A DNA stretch of 64,000 nt, taken from the NCBI GenBank assembly GCA_964016885.1, contig OZ024746.1, positions 67,580,001 to 67,644,000 on the forward strand, given 5' to 3'. This DNA comes from Eledone cirrhosa (Eukaryota). A model generated the notes under the pieces. That model searched no databases. It saw only the letters and a list, made by a program, of their open reading frames with translations, and had not been told where the DNA came from. A program made the translations under genes and the position numbers. This document shows positions 40,966-58,200 of the stretch, piece after piece (positions within the stretch are counted from its first letter, which is position 1; every line of letters starts with the position of its first letter).

Positions 40966-41260
40966 ATGATTTGGGTTGTGAAAATCGGAAATTGGCGTCA
41001 ATTAATTACAAATGAAAGTGTAAGCGGAATCTTGCCGAAGATAAAAACAACAATTGAATGGTTACGATTTACAGGACATTGCTGCAGAAATAAGCAGGAA
41101 GTTATAAACGAGTTACTATAGTGGGAACCGACTCACGGGGGATGGAGATGAGTAACACATTCATCGATCAACGCTCAGAACATACAAATCTCAGTAAGGA
41201 ACTGTTGCAATGGAGAATCGTAAATTTCGAAGACTTTGTCAGGAATGATCGATTGTAGTC
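40965..41260 (+). pseudogene. Degenerate RTE-group LINE 3' fragment
   Basis: ITNE..LPKI...LRFTGHCCR..ELL*WEPTHG, homologous to 24346-24690. Confidence 0.65.
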
Positions 41261-41372
41261 GTAATGATGATGATACATATAATGCATACATGCATATCTG
41301 CACGATCAGACAGACACAGATACACAAACACACACACACACTTATATATGTGTGTGCGTGCATGCGTTTGTA

Positions 41373-41425
<53 letters not shown>

Positions 41426-41713
41426 GTAAAAAAGAAAAAAACTAAATCCTAAAGGGATTTTCTCTTAGAATAACAGCAAAATAGGAATTTCCGTATTTTT
41501 CGTACCGGTTTCAGCTTAGGGGCTTCTTCATGCGACGGAAGTGTATCATGAAATTAAATTGTATAATAATAAGAATATGGCGTGGGGGGTAACATGCTTT
41601 ACATACATATATGTAGAGTAGAGTTCACATTTTTGTTTGTCGTATTCTGTCTTTCTCTCTTGTTGTTGACCATAGCTGTGTCACAGTTCGTTCTGTTTTA
41701 GGTGTTGGCGTCT

Positions 41714-41755
<42 letters not shown>

Positions 41756-41916
41756 AACGAGTAGGTCCTACTCGTTCCTATTACCCAATCTACTACCCTA
41801 AGTATTGAGTACTTTGGTGCGTTATGGTCCATCTGGTTCCATACCACATTTCCTCCGTTATATATATATATATCAAAATGAAAATCCGAAGGCAAGGTAA
41901 AATTCCAATCATTTAA

Positions 41917-41990
41917 TCACGACACATGTTTCAATAAGAGATAGATCGATTGTGAAGCCATGATCGATTATTACTTATCTCATCAGGTGA
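41917..41990 (-). ncRNA. Type I hammerhead ribozyme with long stem II
   Basis: Reverse complement: tcac-CTGATGA-gataag...cttatt-GAAA-catgt-GTC-gtga. Confidence 0.8.
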
Positions 41991-42269
41991 AAATGAATTG
42001 TCTTCAAATTCTGTATATGAGGGAGAAAAAATAACGATGTTCTCTCACAGAATTCATTCCCTCATATGGAGACACACCAGTCAGTCAGAGACACGGCGAC
42101 TGCTATTAGCTTCAGTTTAGGTCATAAAAGCTTTTAGATTTCTATCGCTGCAAAAGACGCTAGACATCAATCAAATCTGTCAGTCACAGTTAAAAGTGAG
42201 TGGGTACACACACACTCCACACCCAAATACATCGGCTCGAGGTCAAAGAGAAATATATACATATATATA

Positions 42270-42481
42270 CACACATCAACACAGTATTAAACCCGTAGAA
42301 TTAGCGTGGGTGAGTAAACACACACTTTCACACACACCGAAGCGATGTCCGAGAAAAAAACAAATATAATAAAACAAATATAAGAATGTACCAACACAGC
42401 ACTCACCGAAAGTTAGTTCACAAAAAAAAGCCATGTCGGTCAAATCTCAATTTGACGATGTAAATTGAAAATATTGACTTA

Positions 42482-42514
<33 letters not shown>

Positions 42515-42779
42515 TGCAAGTAAGTTCAGTTCAGTGTTCTGCTATACGTGTATAGATCGAATTATAACATCCATATCTTCAAGTGTATGTTATGGTATAT
42601 ACACACACACTTTCACACACACCGAAGCAATGTCCGAGAAAAAAACAAATATAATAAAACAAATATAAGAATGTACCAACACAGCACTCATCGAAAGTTA
42701 GTTCACAAAGCAACAGAAGCTATGTCTGTCAAATCTCAATTTGACGATGTAAATTGGAAATATTGGGTTAATCAACGCA

Positions 42780-42870
<91 letters not shown>

Positions 42871-44870
42871 GTCCAACTGGAACTACCCAGATCGATAGCA
42901 AAAAATGTAACTGCAGAAACACCTCCACCTGCCCCATGGCTGGGAAATGCCTTACCAAAAACATAGTCTATGACTGTAAGGTCTCCACTCCTGATAGAAC
43001 CTTTAGGTATGTTGGGGCAACTGCCACGGAATGTAAGGCTAGATGGTATAATCACCGCCATACCTTTAATAGATTAGATTAAAAAAATAGCACGGCACTT
43101 TCGGAATTAGTCTGGAAGCTTAAACATCGGAATATAGAGCATTCCTTATCCTGGTCCATAGTTTGCTCAGCCCAACCTTATAACGGCAGCACTGGCGTCT
43201 GCAATTTATGTATAGCTGAAACTTTTAATATTATTAGAGGCGGCCTCCTATTAATTAATAGGAGAGCAGATTTTTTTCAACAACTGTCAACATAGAACCT
43301 CAAAAACCTTCCGCAGGATTTTTGGAAGGTAACCTACCAATAACTCCTCCCTCTCTACTTTAGCCATAGAGTTCTCTCAATAAACGGACAGTCACGTACT
43401 TAGGTAGTTAGACCGCTAAGATTGTTTGCGTACTTGCAAACGATACTCGGCCTGTTTCCACGGAGTTCTCACAGCTGAGTGCTCTCTTTTATAATACCTA
43501 GCTAGTAAATAGTTAGATTGATTACACACTTAGTTAGGACCGATTACGCTATCTATACACAGCTCTACACACAGTACCCGTTTCCTTTAGACATTGATCT
43601 CCCACATTTGCAACTGTCACGTTCCTACCGACTGAACACTACACCAGGTTTTGATGCGTAATCATCTAACCATGGAGGACTCACTTTTACGGATTGAACA
43701 ATAATACTGACACACCATTAATGGGCCTACACACATCCTTTGGATTTTACTGTCCTATGTTTTCTTACTTCCCCTTCTGTGTTGGATAACACGCCTCCAC
43801 CATTCAAACAACTATCTTAAAGCTCATTGGCCCATATGACGGGAAATCGCACTTGCGGACGCATTTACCCAATACCCAACCCTACACGGAGCCCTTTGCC
43901 GGCCTACATTGCTGTTGCTTGCACGCACGGATTTGATGACACTGATTCTCAATGGGACAGCAGCACACAAGGAGTTCGACATGAGCTGATTGCTTGCTCT
44001 TTACATGGATGTGTATATTCTCGGATATACCCCCTTTTTGGGACGATTCGGATGTGTATATACCATAACATACACTTGAAGATATGGATGTTACAATTCG
44101 ATCTATACACGTATAGCAGAACACTGAACTGAACTTACTTGCGCGTGCGCGCGCGCGTGTGTGTGTGTGTGGGGTGTTGGTTAACTCAATATTTCCAATT
44201 TACATCGTCAAATTGAGATTTGACCGACATGGCTTTTTTTTGTGAACTAACTTTCGGTGAGTGCTGTGTTGGTACATTCTTATATTTGTTTTATTATATT
44301 TGTTTTTTTCTCGGACATCGCTTCGGTGTGTGTGAAAGTGTGTGTGTACCCATTCACACTAATTCTACGGGTTTAATACTGTGTTGATGAGTGTATATAT
44401 ATTTGTTGTGTTCCATTCAACATTTGATCGCGTATCGTTGTTCGATATTTTACTGCATCCCAAATGTAACAGAGGTTATAAACACGTCTGTACATAAACA
44501 GCACGATGTTAAAACAAATATGTACATACAGCCAAGATCATAATCAACGCGCCATTATCCATCAACGGGATGATGCCTTAAAATGTCGTACATAGACAAA
44601 TGAGTACCCTTACTCTGGAGACATATCTCGTATACAAATACATATCTACTTAACGCACAACTTTATATGTATCTTAATTAACTAACATGAGTGCTAATGA
44701 TATGCAGACATGTACGTCCCTTTCAGGATGTAGCTATAAGTGAAAGGGTATATAAACGATTCGATTACGCATTCCCTCGTAGTTGTTTGGATGATATACA
44801 TACCTCCTGATGAAGGACCAAACCAGGTTTGATAATCGTTTAAATGTATTTATTATTTCTTAATTTACAG
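42270..44870 (+). mobile_element. 5'-truncated Naiad-like PLE with inverted 5' pLTR piece
   Basis: 42270-42600 is the reverse complement of 44058-44395; 42600-42780 re-duplicates 42320-42490; CTGATGA remnant at 44807. Confidence 0.75.
42870..43300 (+). pseudogene. PLE GIY-YIG endonuclease fragment
   Basis: KCNCRNTSTCPMAGKCLTKNIVY..RYVGAT..KARWYNH..STALSELVWKLK..CNLC, with a stop codon and frameshift. Confidence 0.85.
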
Positions 44871-44899
44871 GGAAACACAAACATTTGGAATGTATAAAT

Positions 44900-45680
<781 letters not shown>

Positions 45681-46260
45681 TGTTGAGTGGTGTATAACCA
45701 GAAATTTCAACAAGCAGCAGTATTATGTTGCTTTCATTCATTCATTCATTCAGTACAATTAATTTAACAATCGAATAAACAGTACTAAACATACTAAATT
45801 TCTCTTCTGAATTTGTTTTGAATTGATCAAATAACATCATAAAAAGTCTACCCTCTATTCACCTCGTCAACCATCCACATTCCCTCCATCCCAGCCTCGC
45901 CCTTACATCAAATACAAAATTCATAACTATCAACCCACAGTCTCTCCATCCCTTCTTCACCTTTACATCACCTACAACATATATAAGCATCCATCTAACC
46001 TCAGTCTCCCCATCTCTACATCACCTTTATATCACCTATAATATAAATGTCCACCCACCTACCCACATTCCGGCCACCTCCTCATCACGCTTACATCAAC
46101 TATAATATGCATAACCAACCACAGTCCCTCCATCACTACCACATCCTTACATCATCTACCACATACATAACAACCCACCCACAGTCTCTCCATCACTACA
46201 TCACCCTTACATCACGTATAACATATATAACCACCTACAATCTCTCCATCCCTTCTTTAT

Positions 46261-49200
46261 AAATATATCATCTACCACATACGTAACAACCCAACCACAG
46301 TCGCTCCATCTCTACCACATCCTTATATCATCTACCACACACGTAACAACCCAACCACAGTCCCTCCATCTCTACCATATCATTGCATCATCTACCACAT
46401 ACGTAACAACCCAACCACAGTCCCTCCATCTCTACCATATCCTTATATCACCTACCACATACGTAACAACCCAACCACAGTCCCTCCATCTCTACCATAT
46501 CCTTGCATCATCTACCACATACGTAACAACCCAACCACAGTCCCTCCATCTCTACCATATCCTTATATCATCTACCACATACGTAGCAACCCAACCACAG
46601 TCCTTCCATCTCTACCATATCCTTATATCATCTACCACATACGTAACAACCCAACCACAGTCCTTCCATCTCTACCACATCCTTATATCATCTACCACAT
46701 ACGTAACAACCCAACCACAGTCCTTCCATCTCTACCACATCCTTACATCATCTACCACACACGTAACAACCCAACCACAGTCCCTCCATCTCTACCACAT
46801 CCTAACATCATCTACCATATACCTAACAACCCAACCACAGTCCCTCCATCTCTACCACATCCTTATATCATCTACCACATACGTAACAACCCTACCACAG
46901 TCCCTCCATCTCTACCACATCCTTGCATCATCTACTACATACGTAACAACCCAACCACAGTCCCTCCATCTCTACCACATCCTTACATATTCTACCACAT
47001 ACGTAACAACCCAACCACAGTCCCTCCATCTCTACCATATACTTGCATCATCTACCACATACGTAACAACCCAACCACAGTCCCTCCATCTCTACCATAT
47101 ACTTGCATCATCTACCACACACGTAACAACCCAACCACAGCCACTCCATCTCTACCACATCCTTACATCTTCTACCACATACGTAACAACCCAACCGCAG
47201 TCCCTCCATCTCTACCATATACTTGCATCATCTACCACATACGTAACAACCCAACCACAGTCCCTCCATCTCTACCATATACTTGCATCATCTACCACAT
47301 ACGTAACAACCCAACCACAGTCCCTCCATCTCTACCATATACTTGCATCATCTACCACATACGTAACAACCCAACGACAGCCCCTCCATCTCTACCACAT
47401 CCTTACATCTTCTACCACATACGTAACAACCCAACCACAGTCCCTCCATCTCTACCATATACTTGCATCATCTACCACATACGTAACAACCCAACCACAG
47501 TCCCTCCATCTCTACCATATACTTGCATCATCTACCACACACGTAACAACCCAACCACAGCCGCTCCATCTCTACCACATCTTTACATCATCTACCACAT
47601 ACGTAACAACCCAACCACAGCCCCTCCATCTCTACCACATCCTTACATCTTCTACCACATACGTAACAACCCAACCACAGTCCCTCCATCTCTACCACAT
47701 CCTTATATCATCTACCACATACGTAACAACCCAACCACAGTCCATCCATCTCTACCATATCCTTATATCATCTACCACATACGTAACAACCCAACCACAG
47801 ACCCTCCATCTCTACCATATCCTTGCATCATCTACCACATACGTAACAACCCAACCACAGTCCCTCCATCTCTACCATATCCTTGCATCATCTACCACAC
47901 ACGTAACAACCCAACCACAGTCCCTCCATCTCTACCACATCCTAACATCATCTACCATATACCTAACAACCCAACCACAGTCCTTCCATCTCTACCATAT
48001 CCTTATATTATCTACCACATACGTAACAACCCAACCACAGTCCCTCCATCTCTACCATATCCTTATATCATCTACCACATACGTAACAACCCAACCACAG
48101 CCCCTCCATCTCTACCATATCCTTACATTATCTACCACATACGTAACAACCCAACCACAGTCCCTCCATCTCTACCACATCCTTATATCATCTACCACAC
48201 ACGTAACAACCCAACCACAGCCCCTCCATCTCTACCACATCCTTATATCATCTACCACATACGTAACAACCCAGCCACAGTCCCTCCATCTCTACCATAT
48301 CCTTATATCATCTACCACATACGTAACAACCCAACCACAGTCCCTCCATCTCTACCATATCCTTGCATCATCTACCACACACGTAACAACCAAACCACAG
48401 CCCCTCCATCTCTACCATATCCTTACATCATCTACCACATACGTAACAACCCAACCACAGTCCCTCCATCTCTACCATATCCTTATATCATCTACCACAT
48501 ACGTAACAACCCAACCACAGTCCCTCCATCTCTACCACACACGTAACAACCCAAACACAGCCCCTCCATCTCTACCATATCCTTATATTATCTACCACAT
48601 ACGTAACAACGCAACCACAGTCCCTCCATCTCTACCATATCCTTATATCATCTACCACATACGTAACAACCCAACCACAGTCCCTCCATCTCTACCATAT
48701 CCTTGCATCATCTACCACACACGTAACAACCCAACCACAGTCCCTCCATCTCTACCACATCCTAACATCATCTACCATATACCTAACAACCCAACCACAG
48801 TCCTTCCATCTCTACCACATCCTTACATCATCTACCACATACGTAACAACCCAACCACAGTCCCTCCCTCTCTACCATATCCTTATATCATCTACCACAT
48901 ACGTAACAACCCAACCACAGTCCCTCCATCTCTACCACATCCTTATATCATCTACCACACACGTAACAACCCAACCACAGCCCCTCCATCTCTACCACAT
49001 CCTTATATCATCTACCACATACGTAACAACCCAACCACAGTCCCTCCATCTCTACCATATCCTTATATCATCTACCACATACGTAACAACCCAACCACAG
49101 TCCCTCCATCTCTACCATATCCTTGCATCATCTACCACACACGTAACAACCAAACCACAGCCCCTCCATCTCTACCATATCCTTACATCATCTACCACAT

Positions 49201-52200
49201 ACGTAACAACCCAACCACAGTCCCTCCATCTCTACCATATCCTTATATCATCTACCACATACGTAACAACCCAACCACAGTCCCTCCATCTCTACCATAT
49301 CCTTATATCATCTACCACATACGTAACAACCCAACCACAGTCCCTCCATCTCTACCACACACGTAACAACCCAAACACAGCCCCTCCATCGCTACCATAT
49401 CCTTATATTATCTACCACATACGTAACAACCCAACCACAGCCCCTCCATCTCTACCATATACTTGCATCATCTACCACACACGTAACAACCCAACACAGC
49501 CCCTCCATCTCTACCATATCCTTATATCATCTACCACATATGTAACAACCCAACCACAGCCCCTCCATCTCTACCACATCCTTACATCTTCTACCACATA
49601 CGTAACAACCCAACCACAGTCCTTCCATCTCTACCACATCCTTAAATCATCTACCACATACGTAACAACCCAACCACAGCCCCTCCATCTCTACCATATC
49701 CTTACATCATCTACCACATACGTAACAACCCAACCACAGTCCCTCCATCTCTACCATATCCTTGCATCATCTACCACATACGTAACAACCCAACCACAGT
49801 CCATCCATCTCTACCATATACTTACATCACCTACCACATACGAAACAACCCAACCACAGTCCTTCCATCTCTACCACATCCTTACATCTTCTACCATATA
49901 CCTAACAACCCAACCACAGTCCCTCCATCTCTACCACATCTTTATATCATCTACCACATACGTAACAACCCAACCACAGTCCCTCCATCTCTACCATATC
50001 CTTATATCATCTACCACATACGTAACAACCCAACCACAGTCCCTCCATCTCTACCATATCCTTGCATCATCTACCACATACGTAACAACCCAACCACAGT
50101 CCCTCCATCTCTACCATATCCTTGCATCATCTACCACATACGTAACAACCCAACCACAGCCCCTCCATCTCTACCAGATCATTATATCATCTACCACATA
50201 CGTAACAACCCAACCACGGTCCCTCCATCTCTACCATATCCTTGCATCATCTACCACATACGTAACAACCCAACCACAGCCCCTCCATCTCTACCACATC
50301 CTTATATCATCTACCACATACGTAACAACCCAACCACAGTCCCTTCATCTCTACCATATCCTTGCATCATCTACCACATACGTAACAACCCAACCACAGC
50401 CCCTCCATCTCTACCACATCTTTATATCATCTACCACATACGTAACAACCCAACCACAGTCCCTCCATCTCTACCACATCCTTGCATCATCTACTACATA
50501 CGTAACAACCCAACCACAGTCCCTCCATCTCTACCATATCCTTGCATCATCTACCACATACGTAACAGCCCAACCACAGCCCCTCCATCTCTACCATATC
50601 CTTATATCATCTACCACACACGTAACAACCCAACCACAGTCCCTCCATCTCTACCACATCCTTATATCATCTACCACATACGTAACAACCCAACCACAGT
50701 CCCTCCAACTCTACCACATCCTTATATTATCTACCACATACGTAACAGCCCAACCACAGTCCCTCCATCTCTACCACATCATTATATCATCTACCACATA
50801 CGTAACAACCCAACCACAGTCCCTCCATCTCTACCACATCTTTATATCATCTACCACATACGTAACAACCCAACCACAGTCCCTCCATCTCTACCACATC
50901 CTTATATCATCTACCACATACGTAACAACCCAACCACAGTCCCTCCATCTCTACCACATCCTTATATCATCTACCACATACGTAACAACCCAACCACAGT
51001 CCCTCCATCTCTACCACATCCTTATATCATCTACCACATACGTAACAACCCAACCACAGTCCCTCCATCTCTACCACATCCTTACATCATCTACCACATA
51101 CGTAACAACCCAACCACAGTCCTTCCATCTCTACCATATCCTTGCATCATCTACCACATACGTAACAACCCAACCACAGCCCCTCCATCTCTACCAGATC
51201 CTTATATCATCTACCACATACGTAACAACCCAACCACAGTCCCTCCATCTCTACCATATCCTTATATCATCTACCACATACGTAACAACCCAACCACAGT
51301 CCCTCCATCTCTACCATATCCTTGCATCATCTACCACATACGTAACAACCCAACCACAGTCCCTCCATCTCTACCATATCCTTATATCATCTACCACATA
51401 CGTAACAACCCAACCACAGTCCCTCCACCTCTACCATATCCTTGCATCATCTACCACATACGTAACAACCCAACCACAGTCCCTCCATCTCTACCACATC
51501 CTTATATCATCTACCACATACGTAACAACCCTACCACAGTCCCTCCATCACTACCAGATCCTTATATCATCTACCACATACGTAACAACCCAACCACAGT
51601 CCCTCCATCTCTACCACATCCTTATATCATCTACCACATACGTAACAACCCAACCACAGTCCCTCCATCTCTACCACATCCTTATATCATCTACCACATA
51701 CGTAACAACCCAACCACAGCCCCTCCATCTCTACCAGATCCTTATATCATCTACCACATACGTAACAACCCAACCACAGTCCCTCCATCTCTACCACATC
51801 CTTACATCATCTACCACATACGTAACAACCCAACCACAGTCCCTCCATCTCTACCATATCCTTGCATCATCTACCACATACGTAACAACCCAACCACAGC
51901 CCCTCCATCTCTACCAGATCCTTATATCATCTACCACATACGTAACAACCCAACCACAGTCCCTCTATCTCTACCATATACTTGCATCATCTACCACATA
52001 CGTAACAACCCAACCACAGTCCCTCCATCTCTACCATATCCTTGCATCGTCTACAACATACGTAACAACCCAACCACAGTCCCTCCATCTCTACCACATC
52101 CTTATATCATCTACCACATACGTAACAACCCAACCACAGTCCCTCCATCTCTACCATATCCTTACATCATCTACCATATACCTAACAACCCAACCACAGC

Positions 52201-55200
52201 CCCTGCATCTCTACCACATCCTAACATCATCTACCACATACGTAACAACCCAACCACAGTCCCTCCATCTCTACCATATCCTTGCATCATCTACCACATA
52301 CGTAACAACCCAACCACAGTCCCTCCATCTCTACCATATCCTTGCATCATCTACCACATGCGTAACAACCCAACCACAGCCCCTCCATCTCTACCATATC
52401 CTTGCATCATCTACCACATACGTAACAACCCAACCACAGTCCCTCCATCTCTACCATATCCTTATATCATCTACCACATACGTAAAAACCCAACGACAGT
52501 CCTTCCATCTCTACCATATCCTTATATCATCTACCACATACGTAACAATAAAACCACAGTCCCTCCATCTCTACCATATCCTTATATCATCTAGCACATA
52601 CGTAACAACCCAACCACAGCCTCTCCATCTCTACCAGATCCTTATATCATCTACCACATACGTAACAACCCAACCACAGTCCCTCCATATCTACCACATC
52701 CTTATATCATCTACCACATACGTAACAACCCAACCACAGTCCTTCCATCTCTACCATATCCTTATATCATCTACCACATACGTAACAACCCAACCACAGT
52801 CCCTCCATCTCTACCACATCCTTATATCATCTACCACATACGTAACAACCCAACCACAGTCCTTCCATCTCTAACATATCCTTATATCATCTACCACATA
52901 CGTAACAACCCAACCACAGTCCCTCCATCTCTACCATATCCTTACATCATCTACAAACATACGTAACAACCCAACCACTGTCCCTCCATCTCTACCACTT
53001 CTTTATATCATCTACCACATACGTAACAACCCAACCACAGTCCCTCCATCTCTACCATATCCTTATATCATCTACCACATACGTAACAACCCAACCACAG
53101 TCCCTCCATCTCTACCACATCCTTATATCATCTACCACATACGTAACAACCCAACCACAGTCCCTCCATCTCTACCACATCCTTACATCTTCTACCACAT
53201 ACGTAACAACCCAACCACAGTCCCTCCATCTCTACCATATCCTTATATCATCTACCACATACGTAACAACCCAACCACAGTCCCTCCATCTCTACCATAT
53301 CCTTGCATCATCTACCACACACGTAACAACCCAACCACAGTCCCTCCATCTCTACCACCCACGTAACAACCCAACCACAGTCGCTCCATCTATACCACAT
53401 CCTTATATCATCTACCACACACGTAACAACCCAACCACAGTCCTTCCATCTCTACCACATCCTTATATCATCTACCACATACGTATCAACCCAACCACAG
53501 TCCCTCCATCTCTACCACATTCTTACATCATCTACCACATACGTAACAACCCAACCACAGTTCCTCCATCTCTACCACATCCTTACATCTTCTACCACAT
53601 ACGTAACAACCCAACCACAGTCCCTCCATCTCTACCACATCATTATATCATCTACCACATACGTAACAACCCAACCACAGTTCCTCCATCTCTACCACAT
53701 CCTTACATCTTCTACCACATACGTAACAACCCAACCACAGTCCCTCCATCTCTACCACATCCTTATATCATCTACCACATACGTAACAACCCAACCACAG
53801 TCCCTCCATCTCTACCACATCCTTATATCATCTACCACATACGTAACAACCCAACCACAGCCCCTCCATCTCTACCATATCCTTATATCATCTACCACAT
53901 ACGTAACACCCAACCACAGTCCTTCCATCTCTACCATATCCTTACATCATCTACCACATACGTAACAACCCAACCACAGTCCCTCCATCTCTACCACATC
54001 CTTACATCATCTACCACTTGCGTAACAACCCAACCACAGTCCCTCCATCTCTACCACATCCTTATATCATCTACCACATACGTAACAACCCAACCACAGT
54101 CCTTCCATCTCTACCATATCCTTACATCATCTACCACATGCGTAACAACCCAACCAAAATCCCTCTATCTCTACCACATCCTTATATCATCTACCACATA
54201 CGTAACAACCCAACCACAGTCCCTCCATATCTACCACATCCTTATATCATCTACCACATACGTAACAACCCAACCACAGTCCTTCCATCTCTACCATATC
54301 CTTATATCATCTACCACATACGTAACAACCCAACCACAGTCCCTCCATCTCTACCACATCCTTATATCATCTACCACATACGTAACAACCCAACCACAGT
54401 CCTTCCATCTCTAACATATCCTTATATCATCTACCACATACGTAACAACCCAACCACAGTCCCTCCATCTCTACCATATACTTGCATCATCTACCACATA
54501 CGTAACAACCCAACCACAGTCCCTCCATCTCTACCATATACTTGCATCATCTACCACATACGTAACAACCCAACGACAGCCCCTCCATCTCTACCACATC
54601 CTTACATCTTCTACCACATACGTAACAACCCAACCACAGTCCCTCCATCTCTACCATATACTTGCATCATCTACCACATACGTAACAACCCAACCACAGT
54701 CCCTCCATCTCTACCATATACTTGCATCATCTACCACACACGTAACAACCCAACCACAGCCGCTCCATCTCTACCACATCTTTACATCATCTACCACATA
54801 CGTAACAACCCAACCACAGCCCCTCCATCTCTACCACATCCTTACATCTTCTACCACATACGTAACAACCCAACCACAGTCCATCCATCTCTACCATATC
54901 CTTATATCATCTACCACATACGTAACAACCCAACCACAGACCCTCCATCTCTACCATATCCTTGCATCATCTACCACACACGTAACAACCCAACCACAGC
55001 CCCTCCATCTCTACCACATCCTAACATCTTCTACCACATACGTAACAACCCAACCACAGTCCCTCCATCTCTACCACATCCTTATATCATCTACCACATA
55101 CGTAACAACCCAACCACAGTCCATCCATCTCTACCATATCCTTATATCATCTACCACATACGTAACAACCCAACCACAGACCCTCCATCTCTACCATATC

Positions 55201-58200
55201 CTTGCATCATCTACCACACACGTAACAACCCAACCACAGTCCCTCCATCTCTACCACATCCTAACATCATCTACCATATACCTAACAACCCAACCACAGT
55301 CCTTCCATCTCTACCATATCCTTATATTATCTACCACATACGTAACAACCCAACCACAGTCCCTCCATCTCTACCATATCCTTATATCATCTACCACATA
55401 CGTAACAACCCAACCACAGCCCCTCCATCTCTACCATATCCTTACATTATCTACCACATACGTAACAACCCAACCACAGTCCCTCCATCTCTACCACATC
55501 CTTATATCATCTACCACACACGTAACAACCCAACCACAGCCCCTCCATCTCTACCACATCCTTATATCATCTACCACATACGTAACAACCCAGCCACAGT
55601 CCCTCCATCTCTACCATATCCTTATATCATCTACCACATACGTAACAACCCAACCACAGTCCCTCCATCTCTACCATATCCTTGCATCATCTACCACACA
55701 CGTAACAACCAAACCACAGCCCCTCCATCTCTACCATATCCTTACATCATCTACCACATACGTAACAACCCAACCACAGTCCCTCCATCTCTACCATATC
55801 CTTATATCATCTACCACATACGTAACAACCCAACCACAGTCCCTCCATCTCTACCACACACGTAACAACCCAAACACAGCCCCTCCATCTCTACCATATC
55901 CTTATATTATCTACCACATACGTAACAACCCAACCACAGTCCCTCCATCTCTACCATATCCTTATATCATCTACCACATACGTAACAACCCAACCACAGT
56001 CCCTCCATCTCTACCATATCCTTGCATCATCTACCACACACGTAACAACCCAACCACAGTCCCTCCATCTCTACCACATCCTAACATCATCTACCATATA
56101 CCTAACAACCCAACCACAGTCCTTCCATCTCTACCACATCCTTACATCATCTACCACATACGTAACAACCCAACCACAGTCCCTCCCTCTCTACCATATC
56201 CTTATATCATCTACCACATACGTAACAACCCAACCACAGTCCCTCCATCTCTACCACATCCTTATATCATCTACCACACACGTATCAACCCAACCACAGC
56301 CCCTCCATCTCTACCACATCCTTATATCATCTACCACATACGTAACAACCCAACCACAGTCCCTCCATCTCTACCATATCCTTATATCATCTACCACATA
56401 CGTAACAACCCAACCACAGTCCCTCCATCTCTACCATATCCTTGCATCATCTACCACACACGTAACAACCAAACCACAGCCCCTCCATCTCTACCATATC
56501 CTTACATCATCTACCACATACGTAACAACCCAACCACAGTCCCTCCATCTCTACCATATCCTTATATCATCTACCACATACGTAACAACCCAACCACAGT
56601 CCCTCCATCTCTACCACACACGTAACAACCCAAACACAGCCCCTCCATCGCTACCATATCCTTATATTATCTACCACATACGTAACAACCCAACCACAGC
56701 CCCTCCATCTCTACCATATACTTGCATCATCTACCACACACGTAACAACCCAACACAGCCCCTCCATCTCTACCATATCCTTATATCATCTACCACATAT
56801 GTAACAACCCAACCACAGCCCCTCCATCTCTACCACATCCTTACATCTTCTACCACATACGTAACAACCCAACCACAGTCCTTCCATCTCTACCACATCC
56901 TTAAATCATCTACCACATACGTAACAACCCAACCACAGCCCCTCCATCTCTACCATATCCTTACATCATCTACCACATACGTAACAACCCAACCACAGTC
57001 CCTCCATCTCTACCATATCCTTGCATCATCTACCACATACGTAACAACCCAACCACAGTCCATCCATCTCTACCATATACTTACATCACCTACCACATAC
57101 GAAACAACCCAACCACAGTCCTTCCATCTCTACCACATCCTTACATCTTCTACCATATACCTAACAACCCAACCACAGTCCCTCCATCTCTACCACATCT
57201 TTATATCATCTACCACATACGTAACAACCCAACCACAGTCCCTCCATCTCTACCATATCCTTATATCATCTACCACATACGTAACAACCCAACCACAGTC
57301 CCTCCATCTCTACCATATCCTTGCATCATCTACCACATACGTAACAACCCAACCACAGTCCCTCCATCTCTACCATATCCTTGCATCATCTACCACATAC
57401 GTAACAACCCAACCACAGCCCCTCCATCTCTACCAGATCATTATATCATCTACCACATACGTAACAACCCAACCACGGTCCCTCCATCTCTACCATATCC
57501 TTGCATCATCTACCACATACGTAACAACCCAACCACAGCCCCTCCATCTCTACCACATCCTTATATCATCTACCACATACGTAACAACCCAACCACAGTC
57601 CCTTCATCTCTACCATATCCTTGCATCATCTACCACATACGTAACAACCCAACCACAGCCCCTCCATCTCTACCACATCTTTATATCATCTACCACATAC
57701 GTAACAACCCAACCACAGTCCCTCCATCTCTACCACATCCTTGCATCATCTACTACATACGTAACAACCCAACCACAGTCCCTCCATCTCTACCATATCC
57801 TTGCATCATCTACCACATACGTAACAGCCCAACCACAGCCCCTCCATCTCTACCATATCCTTGCATCATCTACCACACACGTAACAACCAAACCACAGCC
57901 CCTCCATCTCTACCATATCCTTACATCATCTACCACATACGTAACAACCCAACCACAGTCCCTCCATCTCTACCATATCCTTATATCATCTACCACATAC
58001 GTAACAACCCAACCACAGTCCCTCCATCTCTACCACACACGTAACAACCCAAACACAGCCCCTCCATCTCTACCATATCCTTATATTATCTACCACATAC
58101 GTAACAACCCAACCACAGTCCCTCCATCTCTACCATATCCTTATATCATCTACCACATACGTAACAACCCAACCACAGTCCCTCCATCTCTACCATATCC

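Noticed and set aside
41498-41537. Minus-strand hammerhead-like motif (catgaaga-agc..gct-gaaaccggta)
   Set aside because: The core is disrupted at position 3 and stem I is very short; counted only as a degenerate remnant.
54018-55865. 615-aa ORF of repeated RNNPTTVPPSLPYPYIIYHI
   Set aside because: It is the stop-free frame of the 60-bp satellite. The frame is broken repeatedly by 1-bp and 20-bp indels, and there is no real start context or unique domain.
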